Source: Polyangiales bacterium
Lineage (GTDB): Bacteria; Myxococcota_A; Polyangia; Polyangiales; Polyangiaceae
NCBI GenBank assembly: GCA_038230375.1
Contig: JBBRNJ010000033.1
Location: forward strand, 22,232 to 86,231
Direction of reading: 5' to 3'
DNA length: 64,000 nucleotides
In this document: positions 9,467 to 19,345 of the stretch, in pieces
How the letters are laid out: the number at the start of each line of letters is the position of its first letter
Position numbering within the stretch: position 1 is the first letter of the stretch
The notes under the pieces: generated by a model
What the model saw: only the letters and a program-made list of their open reading frames with translations
What the model was told of the DNA's origin: nothing
The model's database searches: none
Translations under genes and position numbers: made by a program

Positions 9467-9692
9467 GGTGAGGGAAAAGCACCTCCGAGAAGACATCTCT
9501 TTGGCAGCTTCGCCCCTTCGTAGCGCAAACCCTGGTCGCGGATCCATTATTCGGCCGTCCTTTCTACGGGGAATAATCACTGCGAGCCGTGTGCCGAGGA
9601 GTAGGCGGTCCGAAGGGTGCTGAAGACGCGGCAAAAACCTTGGCGGAGGGTGAGATGCCGACGCTAAGGTGTGTCTGGAAGTAAGGTTGGGC

Positions 9693-11204
9693 GTGGCAAA
9701 GCGGACGCGAACGTGGCGGAACTCAGCCCGGGCCGGCGCCTCGCGCGTCGCCCCGACGGCTCCGCACGCGACCGAGCCGCTGAGCGGTCCGCTCGCGAGG
9801 AAGAAGCTCTCTGGCCCCGAGCGCTTCTGGGACCTGCGCCGCGTCCGGATCGCGGCGGCGATCATGCTCCTGCTCTCCGCCGGCGTTCACTACTTGTTTG
9901 CGCCGTGGACGCTCTTTCCGCATCCTAGCGGCATCGAGCTTCACGACGTCGCGGACGAGCTCACCATCCCCGTGGACCTCCTGGGCGACGACAACACATC
10001 GACGCAAGAGCCTCCACCCGAGCAGCATCCAGCGGTGCCCGATCCCGTCGACCCGCAGGAGGGACCGGGCGGCAAGGATGGCGGCGCAAAGCCCAAGCCC
10101 GACGCCGGTGCGCGCGACGCGGCGCCGCAGGACGCGAGCCCGATGGACGACGGAGGCAACACGAACATCGCGAGCCTCGCAAAGGACGCAAGCACGACAG
10201 CGCTGAACGATCAGGACGCCGCACCGACGGCGCTCACCGGCCTCGATGCTGGCGCGATCGCCTCCCTCTCGAGCGACGCGGGCGGCGTGCCAGGCGCAGG
10301 CGGTCCGCGCGGCCCCGCGGAGATGCTGGGCATGAGCTCCGTGGTGACCGCCGGTCAGGTGAACGTCACGTTGCTCGTGAACCTGGCGGTGATCCGCACG
10401 CACCCCGTGGGCTCACGCATCGGCCCCATCTTCCAGGGGATACCGCAGTGGGCGGAGTTCATGCACGGCGCGGAGACCAAGTTCGATCCGCTGCAGGCTG
10501 CGGACTGGATCCTGATCTTCGGCCCGTCGCTCATTCACACCGACCGCGACGCGGTGTTCGTCCGCTACAACATGCCCGACAAGGTGGCGGACGGAATGAT
10601 CGACAAGGTCTCCGGCTTGTCTGCAGGACGCGGCGGCGCGTTCGACGCAGGTGTGTCCGGGGTCCACGCCGCAAAGACGTGGGCGGACAACGGCGACCGC
10701 GTGATGATGCGGGTCCAGCCGGGGCTCCTGCTCGTGGTGCCGCCGGACAAGGCGTTCGAGTTCGCGAAGGTCTACAAGCGGACCGGGCTGTCGCCGCGCC
10801 TACGCCCAGGCGAGGCCATGCGGCTGACGGTGAAGGATCCGTGGCGCCAGATCTCGATCCCGAACCTGAAGTTCCCGAACAGCCTGAGCGAGCTCCGCTT
10901 CTGGATCATCCCCCACGACGACGATGGCAGCGCGGATGTCTACGGCGAAGGCGACTGCGGCACGCCCGAGCACGCGGGGGAGGTCGCCGACGCGCTCCGT
11001 GAGATGGTCAAACGCACGAACGCGAGCATGCTGGTGAAGATCGCCACGCACGGGCTCCTCAACGGCGTCGAGATCGATCCCGTCGGAGACAAGGTGAAGA
11101 TACATCTTGGAGCCAACCGCGATCAGCTCGAGACGCTGCTGGGCCTGATAGGCGCGCAGTTCGGAGTGAACATCGCGCCACCGCCAGGAGGCGCGCCGCA
11201 GTAG
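9693..11204 (+). CDS. Hypothetical membrane-anchored protein
   Basis: One TM helix (IAAAIMLLLSAGVHYLF), a Pro/Asp/Ala-rich linker and a globular C-terminus. Start uncertain (9669 or 9693). Confidence 0.7.
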   Translation: MAKRTRTWRNSARAGASRVAPTAPHATEPLSGPLARKKLSGPERFWDLRRVRIAAAIMLLLSAGVHYLFAPWTLFPHPSGIELHDVADELTIPVDLLGDDNTSTQEPPPEQHPAVPDPVDPQEGPGGKDGGAKPKPDAGARDAAPQDASPMDDGGNTNIASLAKDASTTALNDQDAAPTALTGLDAGAIASLSSDAGGVPGAGGPRGPAEMLGMSSVVTAGQVNVTLLVNLAVIRTHPVGSRIGPIFQGIPQWAEFMHGAETKFDPLQAADWILIFGPSLIHTDRDAVFVRYNMPDKVADGMIDKVSGLSAGRGGAFDAGVSGVHAAKTWADNGDRVMMRVQPGLLLVVPPDKAFEFAKVYKRTGLSPRLRPGEAMRLTVKDPWRQISIPNLKFPNSLSELRFWIIPHDDDGSADVYGEGDCGTPEHAGEVADALREMVKRTNASMLVKIATHGLLNGVEIDPVGDKVKIHLGANRDQLETLLGLIGAQFGVNIAPPPGGAPQ

Positions 11205-11320
11205 GTCGAGGTCGAGGTCGATGTCGATGTCGAAGTTCAGGTCGAAGTCGAAGTCGAGGTCATCGTCGATGTCGAAGTCGAGGTCAGTCGAGATCATCGT
11301 CGAAGTCGAAGTCGCCGTCG
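11205..11320. repeat. Degenerate hexamer tandem repeat (GTCGAN)n, intergenic
   Basis: gtcgag gtcgag gtcgat gtcgat gtcgaa gttcag gtcgaa gtcgaa gtcgag..., starting immediately after the stop codon at 11204. Confidence 0.9.
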
Positions 11321-11345
11321 TTTTTTGCTAAGCGTCCCTTCCGCG

Positions 11346-11783
11346 ATGAAAAAAGCTCTTCTCCTCCTCCTCTGCTTCTCCGCTGTGGGCTGCTCCAAGA
11401 AGGTCGACGAGCCCTCCGACTCCTTCAAGCCGAACACCGTCGCCGAGACCCCCGCTCCCACGAAGCTCGAGATCAAGGACGAGGTTGTCGGCACTGGCAA
11501 GGAGGCGAAGACCGGCAGCGTGGTCAGCGTCCACTACACGGGCACGCTCATGAACGGCACGGAGTTCGACAGCTCTCGCAAGACCGGCAAGCCGTTCGAC
11601 TTCCCGCTCGGTGGCGGTCAGGTCATCAAGGGCTGGGACCAGGGCGTCGTCGGTATGAAGGTGGGCGGAAAGCGCAAGCTCGTGATCCCGTCGGACCTTG
11701 CCTATGGCGAGTCGGGCTCGCCTCCGACGATCCCGCCGAACGCACCGCTCAAGTTCGACGTCGAGCTGCTCGACGTGAAGTAG
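11346..11783 (+). CDS. FKBP-type peptidyl-prolyl cis-trans isomerase, lipoprotein
   Basis: Lipobox [50 protein letters not shown]. Confidence 0.95.
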   Translation: MKKALLLLLCFSAVGCSKKVDEPSDSFKPNTVAETPAPTKLEIKDEVVGTGKEAKTGSVVSVHYTGTLMNGTEFDSSRKTGKPFDFPLGGGQVIKGWDQGVVGMKVGGKRKLVIPSDLAYGESGSPPTIPPNAPLKFDVELLDVK

Positions 11784-11787
11784 CCCC

Positions 11788-13713
11788 TCAGGGGATCCGC
11801 AGGGCGGTCTGGCTCTGCCCGAGGAGCTGCGCGTCGATCTCGTGCGCGAGGGCCGACATGATCTCGGGGCGGCCGGGGCCGATGCGTAGATCGCCCGCGC
11901 TCGACTGGACCACGATGGCCCCCGGCACGAGCTCCGCGCCGCGGATGCTCGCCCAGTCTCGGGTGGTGCCGCCGTAGGTCACGCCGCGCGCATCCGTGAC
12001 TGCGTCCATGGGCATGGTGCGGGCAATGACGTCGAGCAAGACACCGAACGTGGCGAGCAGCGCCGCCGACACCAGCACGAAGATCACGCTCACGTGATGG
12101 CGGTTGTACTGGAGCACCCCCCCGAACACGAAGAGGATGAACGCGGAGAGGTGCAGGCCCAGCACCGCCGCGCCGAAGAACACCTTGTTGCCCACCGGGA
12201 AGTGCCTGCGCCCTTCCATGGGCGTCTCGGTGAGGATGCCGTAGCGAAGCGAGCGCCGGAGCAGCATCACGAACGATGCCGCAAGGCCGAGCACGAGCAG
12301 CGTGGCGAGCGCGCCTCCGCCATCGGTCGAAAGAAGAGCGTCATAGGTACCATGTGAGAGGGCAGCAAGGCCGAAGAACATCAGCCTTCTTCCCTTCTTG
12401 CGGTGCAGGGCCTCACCGAACCCAAAGCCCCAGAGCGCCCCGAAAAACATGTGCGCGGGCACCGTCATGAACGCCCGCGCGCAGACCAGCGGCGCCGCCA
12501 GCCGGCCCATGGCGAAGTAGCGCAGGTTCTCCGCAGCGGCGAAGCCCAGCGACGCGGTCACGCCATAGACGATGCCGTCGACCGGCTCGTCGAACTCCTT
12601 GCGCCGGAACGCGTAGACGGACGCCAGGAGCTTCACGCCCTCCTCCACCACACCCACCGTCACCGTGAAGACCACGAGCGCGAGCGGCAGGGCGATCCAC
12701 CTGCCGCCCATCGTGGCGAGCTGCGGATCCAGGTACGGCGTTGCGAGCGAGATGTACTTCTCCGCGTAGCCGGCGGGGATGACCGAGAGGTTGCCCAGGA
12801 CGAACGTGATCACGATGAGGCGCATGGGCTCGGGGTGCGCGCGATCGAACCGGCGCACGAACCAGAGCCACCCCACCGACACGCCGAACGGCAGCACGAT
12901 GCACGCCAGGAAGAGCGGCCAGTTCCTGGGAAGGGCGTTGTCGGCGACGCGACGCAGGGGAGGGAAGGTTGGCCCTCCAAGGAGGCGCTTGGTCTCGTGA
13001 GCGATCGTGTACGACGTGAAGTCCTTCGTGAAGTGCAGGACGAGCGGCGCACTGGGGAGCGGCGCCGGCCCTTCGCCCAGGATGTTCGAGCCCAGCGCGA
13101 ACAGGAACGTCGCCTTCGGATCCGCGGGCACGTGCTCTGGCGCGGTTTTCGGCGTGATGATCAGCGCGCCGCCCTCCGCACGGTCGTCGAGCTTCGCGCC
13201 TTGCACCACGAACACGGCGTTCTTCTTCGCGATGCGCACCGTGTACGCGCCAGCTCCAAGCGAGCGGTAGAGCGCGCGGCGATCGTCCGGGAGCTTCGCG
13301 GCGGCGATCGCCTTCGTGAGCTCCACGCGCGGCGCGACGAAGGCGCCGGCCTTCTTGGTTATGCCAGGCAGTGCGAGGGCGTACGCGTCGTCCGGTTCGT
13401 ACGCAGACACGCCGCCGTTCCACGCGAGCATGTCGGTCGCTGTCTGTGCGAGCGCGGAGTCGACGGTGACCGTGAGCGTGCGGTCGTCGTTGCGCACCAC
13501 GTCCGACGTGACATGCGCGGCCGAGAGCCTGCTCGAGATTGCGGACACCACGGCGGGCGTGAGTCGCTCCGCGGGGTCAGACGGTTCGAAGCGCAGCTCG
13601 ACATCGGAGAGACCGACGGTGTCACGCGCGCCGCAGCCGACCACGAGCAACGCGACTGCGCAGAGAACGCACACGGAGCAAACGGAGCTGGCGAGGCGCG
13701 CGAGGCGACCCAC
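11788..13713 (-). CDS. PrsW-family intramembrane glutamic protease with large N-terminal extracytoplasmic domain
   Basis: VVEEGVK, FDEPVDGIVYG, LGFAAAEN, HMFF, HGTYD motifs. N-terminal lipobox-like VVGC. Start estimated at GTG 13713. Confidence 0.85.
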   Translation of the reverse strand: MGRLARLASSVCSVCVLCAVALLVVGCGARDTVGLSDVELRFEPSDPAERLTPAVVSAISSRLSAAHVTSDVVRNDDRTLTVTVDSALAQTATDMLAWNGGVSAYEPDDAYALALPGITKKAGAFVAPRVELTKAIAAAKLPDDRRALYRSLGAGAYTVRIAKKNAVFVVQGAKLDDRAEGGALIITPKTAPEHVPADPKATFLFALGSNILGEGPAPLPSAPLVLHFTKDFTSYTIAHETKRLLGGPTFPPLRRVADNALPRNWPLFLACIVLPFGVSVGWLWFVRRFDRAHPEPMRLIVITFVLGNLSVIPAGYAEKYISLATPYLDPQLATMGGRWIALPLALVVFTVTVGVVEEGVKLLASVYAFRRKEFDEPVDGIVYGVTASLGFAAAENLRYFAMGRLAAPLVCARAFMTVPAHMFFGALWGFGFGEALHRKKGRRLMFFGLAALSHGTYDALLSTDGGGALATLLVLGLAASFVMLLRRSLRYGILTETPMEGRRHFPVGNKVFFGAAVLGLHLSAFILFVFGGVLQYNRHHVSVIFVLVSAALLATFGVLLDVIARTMPMDAVTDARGVTYGGTTRDWASIRGAELVPGAIVVQSSAGDLRIGPGRPEIMSALAHEIDAQLLGQSQTALRIP

Positions 13714-13804
13714 GACATCGCGATGCGCTCCGGTGGTTCGAGGGTGCACGCTCGGGAAAATACGCCCGACCTCCCCACGAAAAAAGCTGTAAAGTGCTGC
13801 CGTC

Positions 13805-14227
13805 ATGCCGGATCCGAAGACACTCTACTCCGTCGTTGCGCTCGTCGTCGTCGGGCTCGTTGCCTGGGTCGGCTTCGTGCTGGCCAGTGTGAAGCAGCAG
13901 TGGGCGCGCGAAACGCCAACCGAGCTTGCCGAAGGCACCTCCGCTCCCAGCGACGTCAAGGTGCTGGAGGAGGGACAGGCCGAGGAAAAGAGCGAGGAGA
14001 AGGCCAAGGCCGAAGAGAAGGTCGAGGCCAAGGCTGAAGAGAAGGTCGACGCCAAGGCTGAAGAGAAGGTCGACGCCAAGGCTGAAGAGAAGGTCGACGC
14101 CAAGGCTGAAGAGAAGGTCGACGCCAAGGCCGAAGAGAAGGCCAAGGCCGAAGAGAAGGTCGACGCCAAGGCCGAAGAGAAGACAGCCGACGGGGTGGAG
14201 CCGAAGAAGGACGAACCTACGGCTTGA
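13805..14227 (+). CDS. Membrane-anchored low-complexity protein with AKAEEKVD repeats
   Basis: N-terminal TM helix followed by a charged repeat tail. Confidence 0.75.
   Translation: MPDPKTLYSVVALVVVGLVAWVGFVLASVKQQWARETPTELAEGTSAPSDVKVLEEGQAEEKSEEKAKAEEKVEAKAEEKVDAKAEEKVDAKAEEKVDAKAEEKVDAKAEEKAKAEEKVDAKAEEKTADGVEPKKDEPTA
14003..14182 (+). repeat. Intragenic 24-nt tandem repeat (GCCAAGGCYGAAGAGAAGGTCGAS)
   Basis: Six full units (four identical in a row, 14027-14122) and two 18-nt truncated units. Confidence 0.95.
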
Positions 14228-14909
14228 GGGCGGCTCTCGTCACGCCTCGGAGGACGTACTCGAGGTAGCTCTGCGGACCTTCTGCCCACACGCAGAGCGG
14301 CGCCACGAGATCGCCGTCCTCGTCCACGGCGTAGAGCAGCTCCGATTGTCCGATGGGCGGCAGCTCCATCAGGTAGGTCCTCGGCGGGACGGCGTCTTCC
14401 TCCACGAAGCGCGCGGACTCGAACGAGAGGCGATCGGCGAACGACTCGATCACCCCCTTGTGCCGCTCCTCGTCCAGGAGCGCGAGCGGGAGGAGCTCCC
14501 ACCCCGCGTCGATCAGGACTGGAAACATGTCCTCATCCGCCGCGTCGTCGAACGGCGGACGATCCGTTTCGCCCAGGAAAGCGAGGTGATCCGTGAGGCG
14601 ATCGTGCACCTCCTCCAGGTGCTCGTGCGCGGACCAGAACGCCGCGAGGATCGTCACGAGCTCCGAGTCTGTCGCGCGCCTGATCAGCTGCGGGTCCCGT
14701 GAGAGCTTGTCGATCTTCGGATCTCCGAGGACCTTCTCCGCCCAGAGCGCGATCTCTGCATCGGGAGGCAGCCGCGGGCGCGCCGCATCCACGGCGAACG
14801 CGTGCACCTCGTGGCAGCGGCCCAGCACGTACCTGTGTCCGCCCAGCGCGCGCACCACGCGTACGGCTTGCTCCCCGGTGGCGATGTCGTCGAAGTCGAA
14901 GGCTTCCAT
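14217..14909 (-). CDS. Hypothetical protein
   Basis: 230 aa with globular composition. Starts 2 nt after the MscS stop. Confidence 0.75.
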   Translation of the reverse strand: MEAFDFDDIATGEQAVRVVRALGGHRYVLGRCHEVHAFAVDAARPRLPPDAEIALWAEKVLGDPKIDKLSRDPQLIRRATDSELVTILAAFWSAHEHLEEVHDRLTDHLAFLGETDRPPFDDAADEDMFPVLIDAGWELLPLALLDEERHKGVIESFADRLSFESARFVEEDAVPPRTYLMELPPIGQSELLYAVDEDGDLVAPLCVWAEGPQSYLEYVLRGVTRAALKP

Positions 14910-14911
14910 GT

Positions 14912-16441
14912 CTATTTGAGCCCGAAGAAATCCTGGATGCTCTGCAGGATGTGGGCTTGCTCCTTTTTCTCGCGCGCCTTGCGCGCCTCGTCATCGAGAC
15001 CGTCACGGATCGCGATCAGCTCCACGCGACGCTCGGCGAGCCGCTGGCTCATCTCGGTCGCGATGTTTGGTCGCTTCGAAATGATCGCCTTGAAGCCAGG
15101 CTTGTCCAGCCGGTAGCAGTCGATGTCGGTCTTGGCGACGACGTCGGCGAACCTCGGCTCACCCGTCATCAACCCCATTTCACCGAAGAAGTTAGGACCG
15201 GAGAGCGTGGCCACCAGCTTGGCCTCCGTGGCCCCGTCGATCTTCGTGCGAACCTCGACGTCGCCGGACTCCAGGATGTAGAGCCAGTGCGCGACGGCGC
15301 CTTGCCGCGTCACCACCTCGCCCGCGGTGAACGGCGCGTACCGGATGTGGCGCGTGAGCGTGTCCTTCTCCTCTGGTGTCAGGGAATCGAAGAGGCTCAT
15401 GCAGTTCAGCGCCCCCAGCTCCTGCTGCCGATGCCGGTGCTCCCGGAGATCAAGCTCGCCCGCGTTGTCCGGATTGATGAAGAGCGATTGCGTGGGCCTT
15501 GCGAGCGGGATGTCCGCGCGGCGCAGCGCGGCGTGAATGCGCGCGCGCACCAGCGAGCTCGTGGGGTCGTCCACTGCAAGATCAGTCAGCCAGTAGCGCA
15601 CGGCGTACAGACCGAAGCTGTCCTTGCCGTCGCGAGCGAGATCCATGCAGATGACGCTCGGCCCAGGGTCCTTCGCGACGCGCTCTATGGGTGCCCCCAC
15701 GAGCGCGTCCGAGACCACCTTCACGACCCGCGACGGCGGGTACCGAAAATCGACCTGAAAATAGACCCACATGCGCTGCGGAACGGGCTCGCCCCCGCGC
15801 TTGCCGAGGATCGTGATGTTCTGCGCGAGCAGCTGCGCATTGGGCACGATGATGGTCGACCAGTCGCGCGTCTCCACCACCGTGTGGCGCCAGCGGATGT
15901 CCTTCACGCGGCCTTGCTTGCCGTTCTCCAGCTGGATCCAGTCGCCAACGTGCACGGAGCCGTCGAGCTGGATGGCGACGCCGCCCAGGATGTTGCCCAG
16001 CGTCGCCTGCAGCGAGAGCGCGAGGACGCCGGATACCACCGCGCTCGTGGTGACCACGTCGGACGCACGCATGCCGCCTTGATGGAGCGCAGAGAGCGCG
16101 ACGATGATGTACGCGGCACCAACGACGAGATCCGTGAGGATCGCGGAGACCGTGAGCTTTGCGCGCGGCAGCACCGTGTCGAAGAGCAGCGTGACGACCA
16201 GGTTGACGATCGTGAACTCTTCGAACAGGTGCGCTGCGATCGAAAAGCGGCCCTGCCAGCTCGCTACGCCGCCTTCAGCGCACGCAAACACACCTGCCAC
16301 GGAGGCCGCATAGAGCACGTACAGGATGACGATGCGACGGAGGCGCTTCCGCGCGATCGGCGCAAGTCGATTCACGGCAAACGCCGTGAGAACGACGGCC
16401 CCGAAGAGGGCCGGCACCATCCAGTACCAGTACTTTTCCAT
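14912..16441 (-). CDS. MscS mechanosensitive channel with C-terminal cyclic-nucleotide-binding domain
   Basis: TM helices, LSLQATLGNILGG..GDWI..G.V..I.WR.T..IIVPN (MscS), and FFGEMGLMTGEPRFADV (cNMP). Confidence 0.92.
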   Translation of the reverse strand: MEKYWYWMVPALFGAVVLTAFAVNRLAPIARKRLRRIVILYVLYAASVAGVFACAEGGVASWQGRFSIAAHLFEEFTIVNLVVTLLFDTVLPRAKLTVSAILTDLVVGAAYIIVALSALHQGGMRASDVVTTSAVVSGVLALSLQATLGNILGGVAIQLDGSVHVGDWIQLENGKQGRVKDIRWRHTVVETRDWSTIIVPNAQLLAQNITILGKRGGEPVPQRMWVYFQVDFRYPPSRVVKVVSDALVGAPIERVAKDPGPSVICMDLARDGKDSFGLYAVRYWLTDLAVDDPTSSLVRARIHAALRRADIPLARPTQSLFINPDNAGELDLREHRHRQQELGALNCMSLFDSLTPEEKDTLTRHIRYAPFTAGEVVTRQGAVAHWLYILESGDVEVRTKIDGATEAKLVATLSGPNFFGEMGLMTGEPRFADVVAKTDIDCYRLDKPGFKAIISKRPNIATEMSQRLAERRVELIAIRDGLDDEARKAREKKEQAHILQSIQDFFGLK

Positions 16442-16471
16442 CAGCGGTGTCGGGTTCTCTCCGGCAAGAGA

Positions 16472-19345
16472 TCAGCCGAACGCCTCGTCCAGGAGGCGCG
16501 ACTGTTCGAGCTTGTGGCTCGCATGGCTACCCGTTGCGGGAGTCGCAGCAGCGGCGCGGCAGACGGCGGTCACCGGGAGCCGTGAGCCGATGGTGCTGGC
16601 GAGGTTCGCGTGGAGGAAGTACCACGCGCCCATGTTTCGTGGCTCTTCCTGGACCCAGTAGAGCGGCGTTCCTTCCGGATAGACGGCGAGCGCGCTCTTC
16701 AGCGCCTCACCGATCGGATACAGTTGCTCGAGCCGAACGATGGCGACGTCGGTGCGGCTGGTCTGCGTGCGGCGCTCGAGCAGATCGTAATAGAGCTTCC
16801 CCGAGCAGAGCAGCACGCGCTTCGTGTCCTTCGGCGCAACGTCGGCGTCCGGGATGACGCGCTGGAAGCCACCGTGCGTGAGGTCGTTCACCGTGGACTT
16901 GGCGAGCGGATGGCGGAGAAGGCTCTTCGGTGTGAAGACGACGAGCGGCTTGCGCCACGGTCGCAGCACCTGGCGACGCAGCACATGGAAGAACTGCGCG
17001 GGGGTCGTGACGTTCACGACCTGGATGTTGTCCTGCGCGCTCATCGAGAGGAAGCGCTCGATTCGCGCGCTGGAGTGCTCGGGTCCCTGACCCTCGTAGC
17101 CATGCGGCAAGAGCAGCACCAGGCCCGAAAGGCGGAGCCACTTCTCCTCTGCGGAGACGATGAACTGGTCGATGATCACCTGCGCGCCGTTCGCAAAGTC
17201 GCCGAACTGCGCCTCCCAGATGACGAGGCCATCCGGCCAGTCAAGGCTGTAGCCGTACTCGAACCCGAGCACACCGGCCTCCGAAAGCGGTGAGTCGAAC
17301 ACCTCGAACACGCCTGGTTGCAGCGTCTTCAGCGGCGTGAATGGCGCGCCCGTCTCGGTGTCGAAGAGCACAGCGTGGCGGTGCGTGAACGTGCCGCGTC
17401 CTGCATCCTGGCCGGAGAGCCGAATGCGCGCGCCCTCCATGGCGAGCGTCGCGAACGCGAGGTGTTCGCCCGTACCCCAGTCGAACGGCTTGTCGGCGAA
17501 GACGGCCTCGTGCCGAGCCTGGAGCACGGCGCGGACCTTGGCGTGTGCATGGAAGCCCTCGGGGATATGCGAGATGCCCTCGGCCGCCTTCTTCAAGGTG
17601 GCCAGATCCACGGCGGTGTTCGCCTCGGGGACCAGGTTGTCGGGACCGCCGTAGTACGATGTCCATACGCCCTCCATCGCGGAGGGGCGCGTCATGTAGT
17701 CGCCCTTGCCCTCCTGCTCGAGCGCGGCGGCGAGCGCGGCGCGGCGATCCGTTTCCATCTTATCCGCGGCCTCGCGCGTGACCTGACCGCTTGCGACGAG
17801 CTTGTCGACGTAGACCTCGCGCACGGTCGGCTTCGCGTCGATCAGGCGATACATGAGCGGCTGGGTGAAGCGCGGCTCGTCGCCTTCGTTGTGGCCGTAC
17901 CGCCGGTAGCAGTACATGTCGATGATGACGTCCTTCTTGAACTTCTGACGGAACTCCATCGCAAGGCGCGCGAGCTGGATCACGGCCTCCGGGTCCTCAC
18001 CGTTCACATGGAACACGGGGACCTTCATCATGCGCGTGATGTCCGTGCAGTAGCGCGTGGAGCGCGAGTCCGACGGGTTCGTCGTGAAGCCGATCTGGTT
18101 GTTCACGACAAGGTGGATGGTGCCCTCGGTGGAGTAGCCGGGAAGGCCGGCCATGTTCAGCGTCTCCGGCACGATGCCCTGGCCGATGAACGCCGCGTCT
18201 CCGTGGATGAGGAGCGGCATGACGCCATCGCGCTTCTTGCGATCTTGCTTTGCGCGGACGCGGCCCTCGGCGACCGGGTTCACGAACTCCAGGTGGCTCG
18301 GGTTGAAGCAGAGCGACAGGTGCACGGTGGCGCCGCACGACGTGACGCGGTTGTTGGAGTAGCCAAGGTGGTACTTCACGTCGCCACCGCCGAGGAAGCG
18401 CTCGGGGTTGCGATCCTTGAACGCCGCGAACAGCTCCAGAACCGGCTTCTCCATCACGTTCGCGAGGATGTTCAGGCGGCCGCGGTGGGCCATCGCGATC
18501 ACGATCTCCTCGATGCCGTGCGTGCCGGCCGCATCGATGAGGAGATCGAGCATCGCGATCATGCTCTCCGCGCCCTCGGCGCTGAAGCGCTTCGCGCCCT
18601 GGAAATTCTTGTGGAGGAACTTCTCGAAGATCTCGGCGTCCGTGAGGCGAAGCAGCACGCGCAGGATCTCCGCGCGATTGAGCTCGCAGCGGTTGCGCGT
18701 GCTCTCCATCTGCCGCTGCAGCCACTCGCGCTCTTCCGGATCTTCGATGTGCGTGAACTCCACGCCGATCGACTTGCAGTACGTCTCCGACAGGTGCTCC
18801 ACGATCTGGCGGAGCGTTGCGCGCTCGGGTAGGCCGGACACGCCAACGGTCGGGAACGCGGAGTCCAGGTCCGCTTCCGTCAGGCCAAAGTTCTGGAGCT
18901 CGAGCTCGGGCGCGGCGTCCGGCGGCTGGCCGAGCGGATCCAGGTTCGCGAACAGGTGACCGCGCACGCGGTAGGCATTCACGAGCTGGTAGACGCGACC
19001 TTGCATGGCCGCGAGAGCCAGGAGCTCCTTGCGGTCCGCCGGGATCGCAGCGCTCGGCGCCTCGTCGATGACGACTGTCGCTCGCGTGCGCGCGCCGCCG
19101 GCATCTCCGTTCGGCTCAGCGTCGTGGAGCTCCGTGCCGTTGACGCGTGCGCCGTTCGCGGGGTGACCGTTGCTGCCCACTGCCGGATTCGCGCCAGTGC
19201 CGCCGTTGGTGTTGCCGTTCCCATCACCGTGCGAGAGGCCGTCGAAGAACGTGCGCCACTCCTCGGCTACGGCCTCGCGGCTCTGCGTGTAGCGCGCGTG
19301 AAGGTCTTCCACCAACCCAGCGTTGATCCCGAACTCTTCGAACAT
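16472..19345 (-). CDS. sucA: 2-oxoglutarate dehydrogenase E1 component
   Basis: AYRVRGH, KRFSAEG, MAHRGRLN, GDVKYHLG, HGDAAFIGQG, NNQIGFT, WEAQFGDFANGAQ, HGYEGQGPEHSS. Start at ATG 19345. Confidence 0.97.
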   Translation of the reverse strand: MFEEFGINAGLVEDLHARYTQSREAVAEEWRTFFDGLSHGDGNGNTNGGTGANPAVGSNGHPANGARVNGTELHDAEPNGDAGGARTRATVVIDEAPSAAIPADRKELLALAAMQGRVYQLVNAYRVRGHLFANLDPLGQPPDAAPELELQNFGLTEADLDSAFPTVGVSGLPERATLRQIVEHLSETYCKSIGVEFTHIEDPEEREWLQRQMESTRNRCELNRAEILRVLLRLTDAEIFEKFLHKNFQGAKRFSAEGAESMIAMLDLLIDAAGTHGIEEIVIAMAHRGRLNILANVMEKPVLELFAAFKDRNPERFLGGGDVKYHLGYSNNRVTSCGATVHLSLCFNPSHLEFVNPVAEGRVRAKQDRKKRDGVMPLLIHGDAAFIGQGIVPETLNMAGLPGYSTEGTIHLVVNNQIGFTTNPSDSRSTRYCTDITRMMKVPVFHVNGEDPEAVIQLARLAMEFRQKFKKDVIIDMYCYRRYGHNEGDEPRFTQPLMYRLIDAKPTVREVYVDKLVASGQVTREAADKMETDRRAALAAALEQEGKGDYMTRPSAMEGVWTSYYGGPDNLVPEANTAVDLATLKKAAEGISHIPEGFHAHAKVRAVLQARHEAVFADKPFDWGTGEHLAFATLAMEGARIRLSGQDAGRGTFTHRHAVLFDTETGAPFTPLKTLQPGVFEVFDSPLSEAGVLGFEYGYSLDWPDGLVIWEAQFGDFANGAQVIIDQFIVSAEEKWLRLSGLVLLLPHGYEGQGPEHSSARIERFLSMSAQDNIQVVNVTTPAQFFHVLRRQVLRPWRKPLVVFTPKSLLRHPLAKSTVNDLTHGGFQRVIPDADVAPKDTKRVLLCSGKLYYDLLERRTQTSRTDVAIVRLEQLYPIGEALKSALAVYPEGTPLYWVQEEPRNMGAWYFLHANLASTIGSRLPVTAVCRAAAATPATGSHASHKLEQSRLLDEAFG

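Noticed and set aside
10800..11297. ORF starting [18 protein letters not shown]
   Set aside because: Translation of the hexamer repeat running antisense into a real gene.
11205..14182. Repeats considered as a CRISPR array
   Set aside because: Tandem units without unique spacers, and no cas genes.
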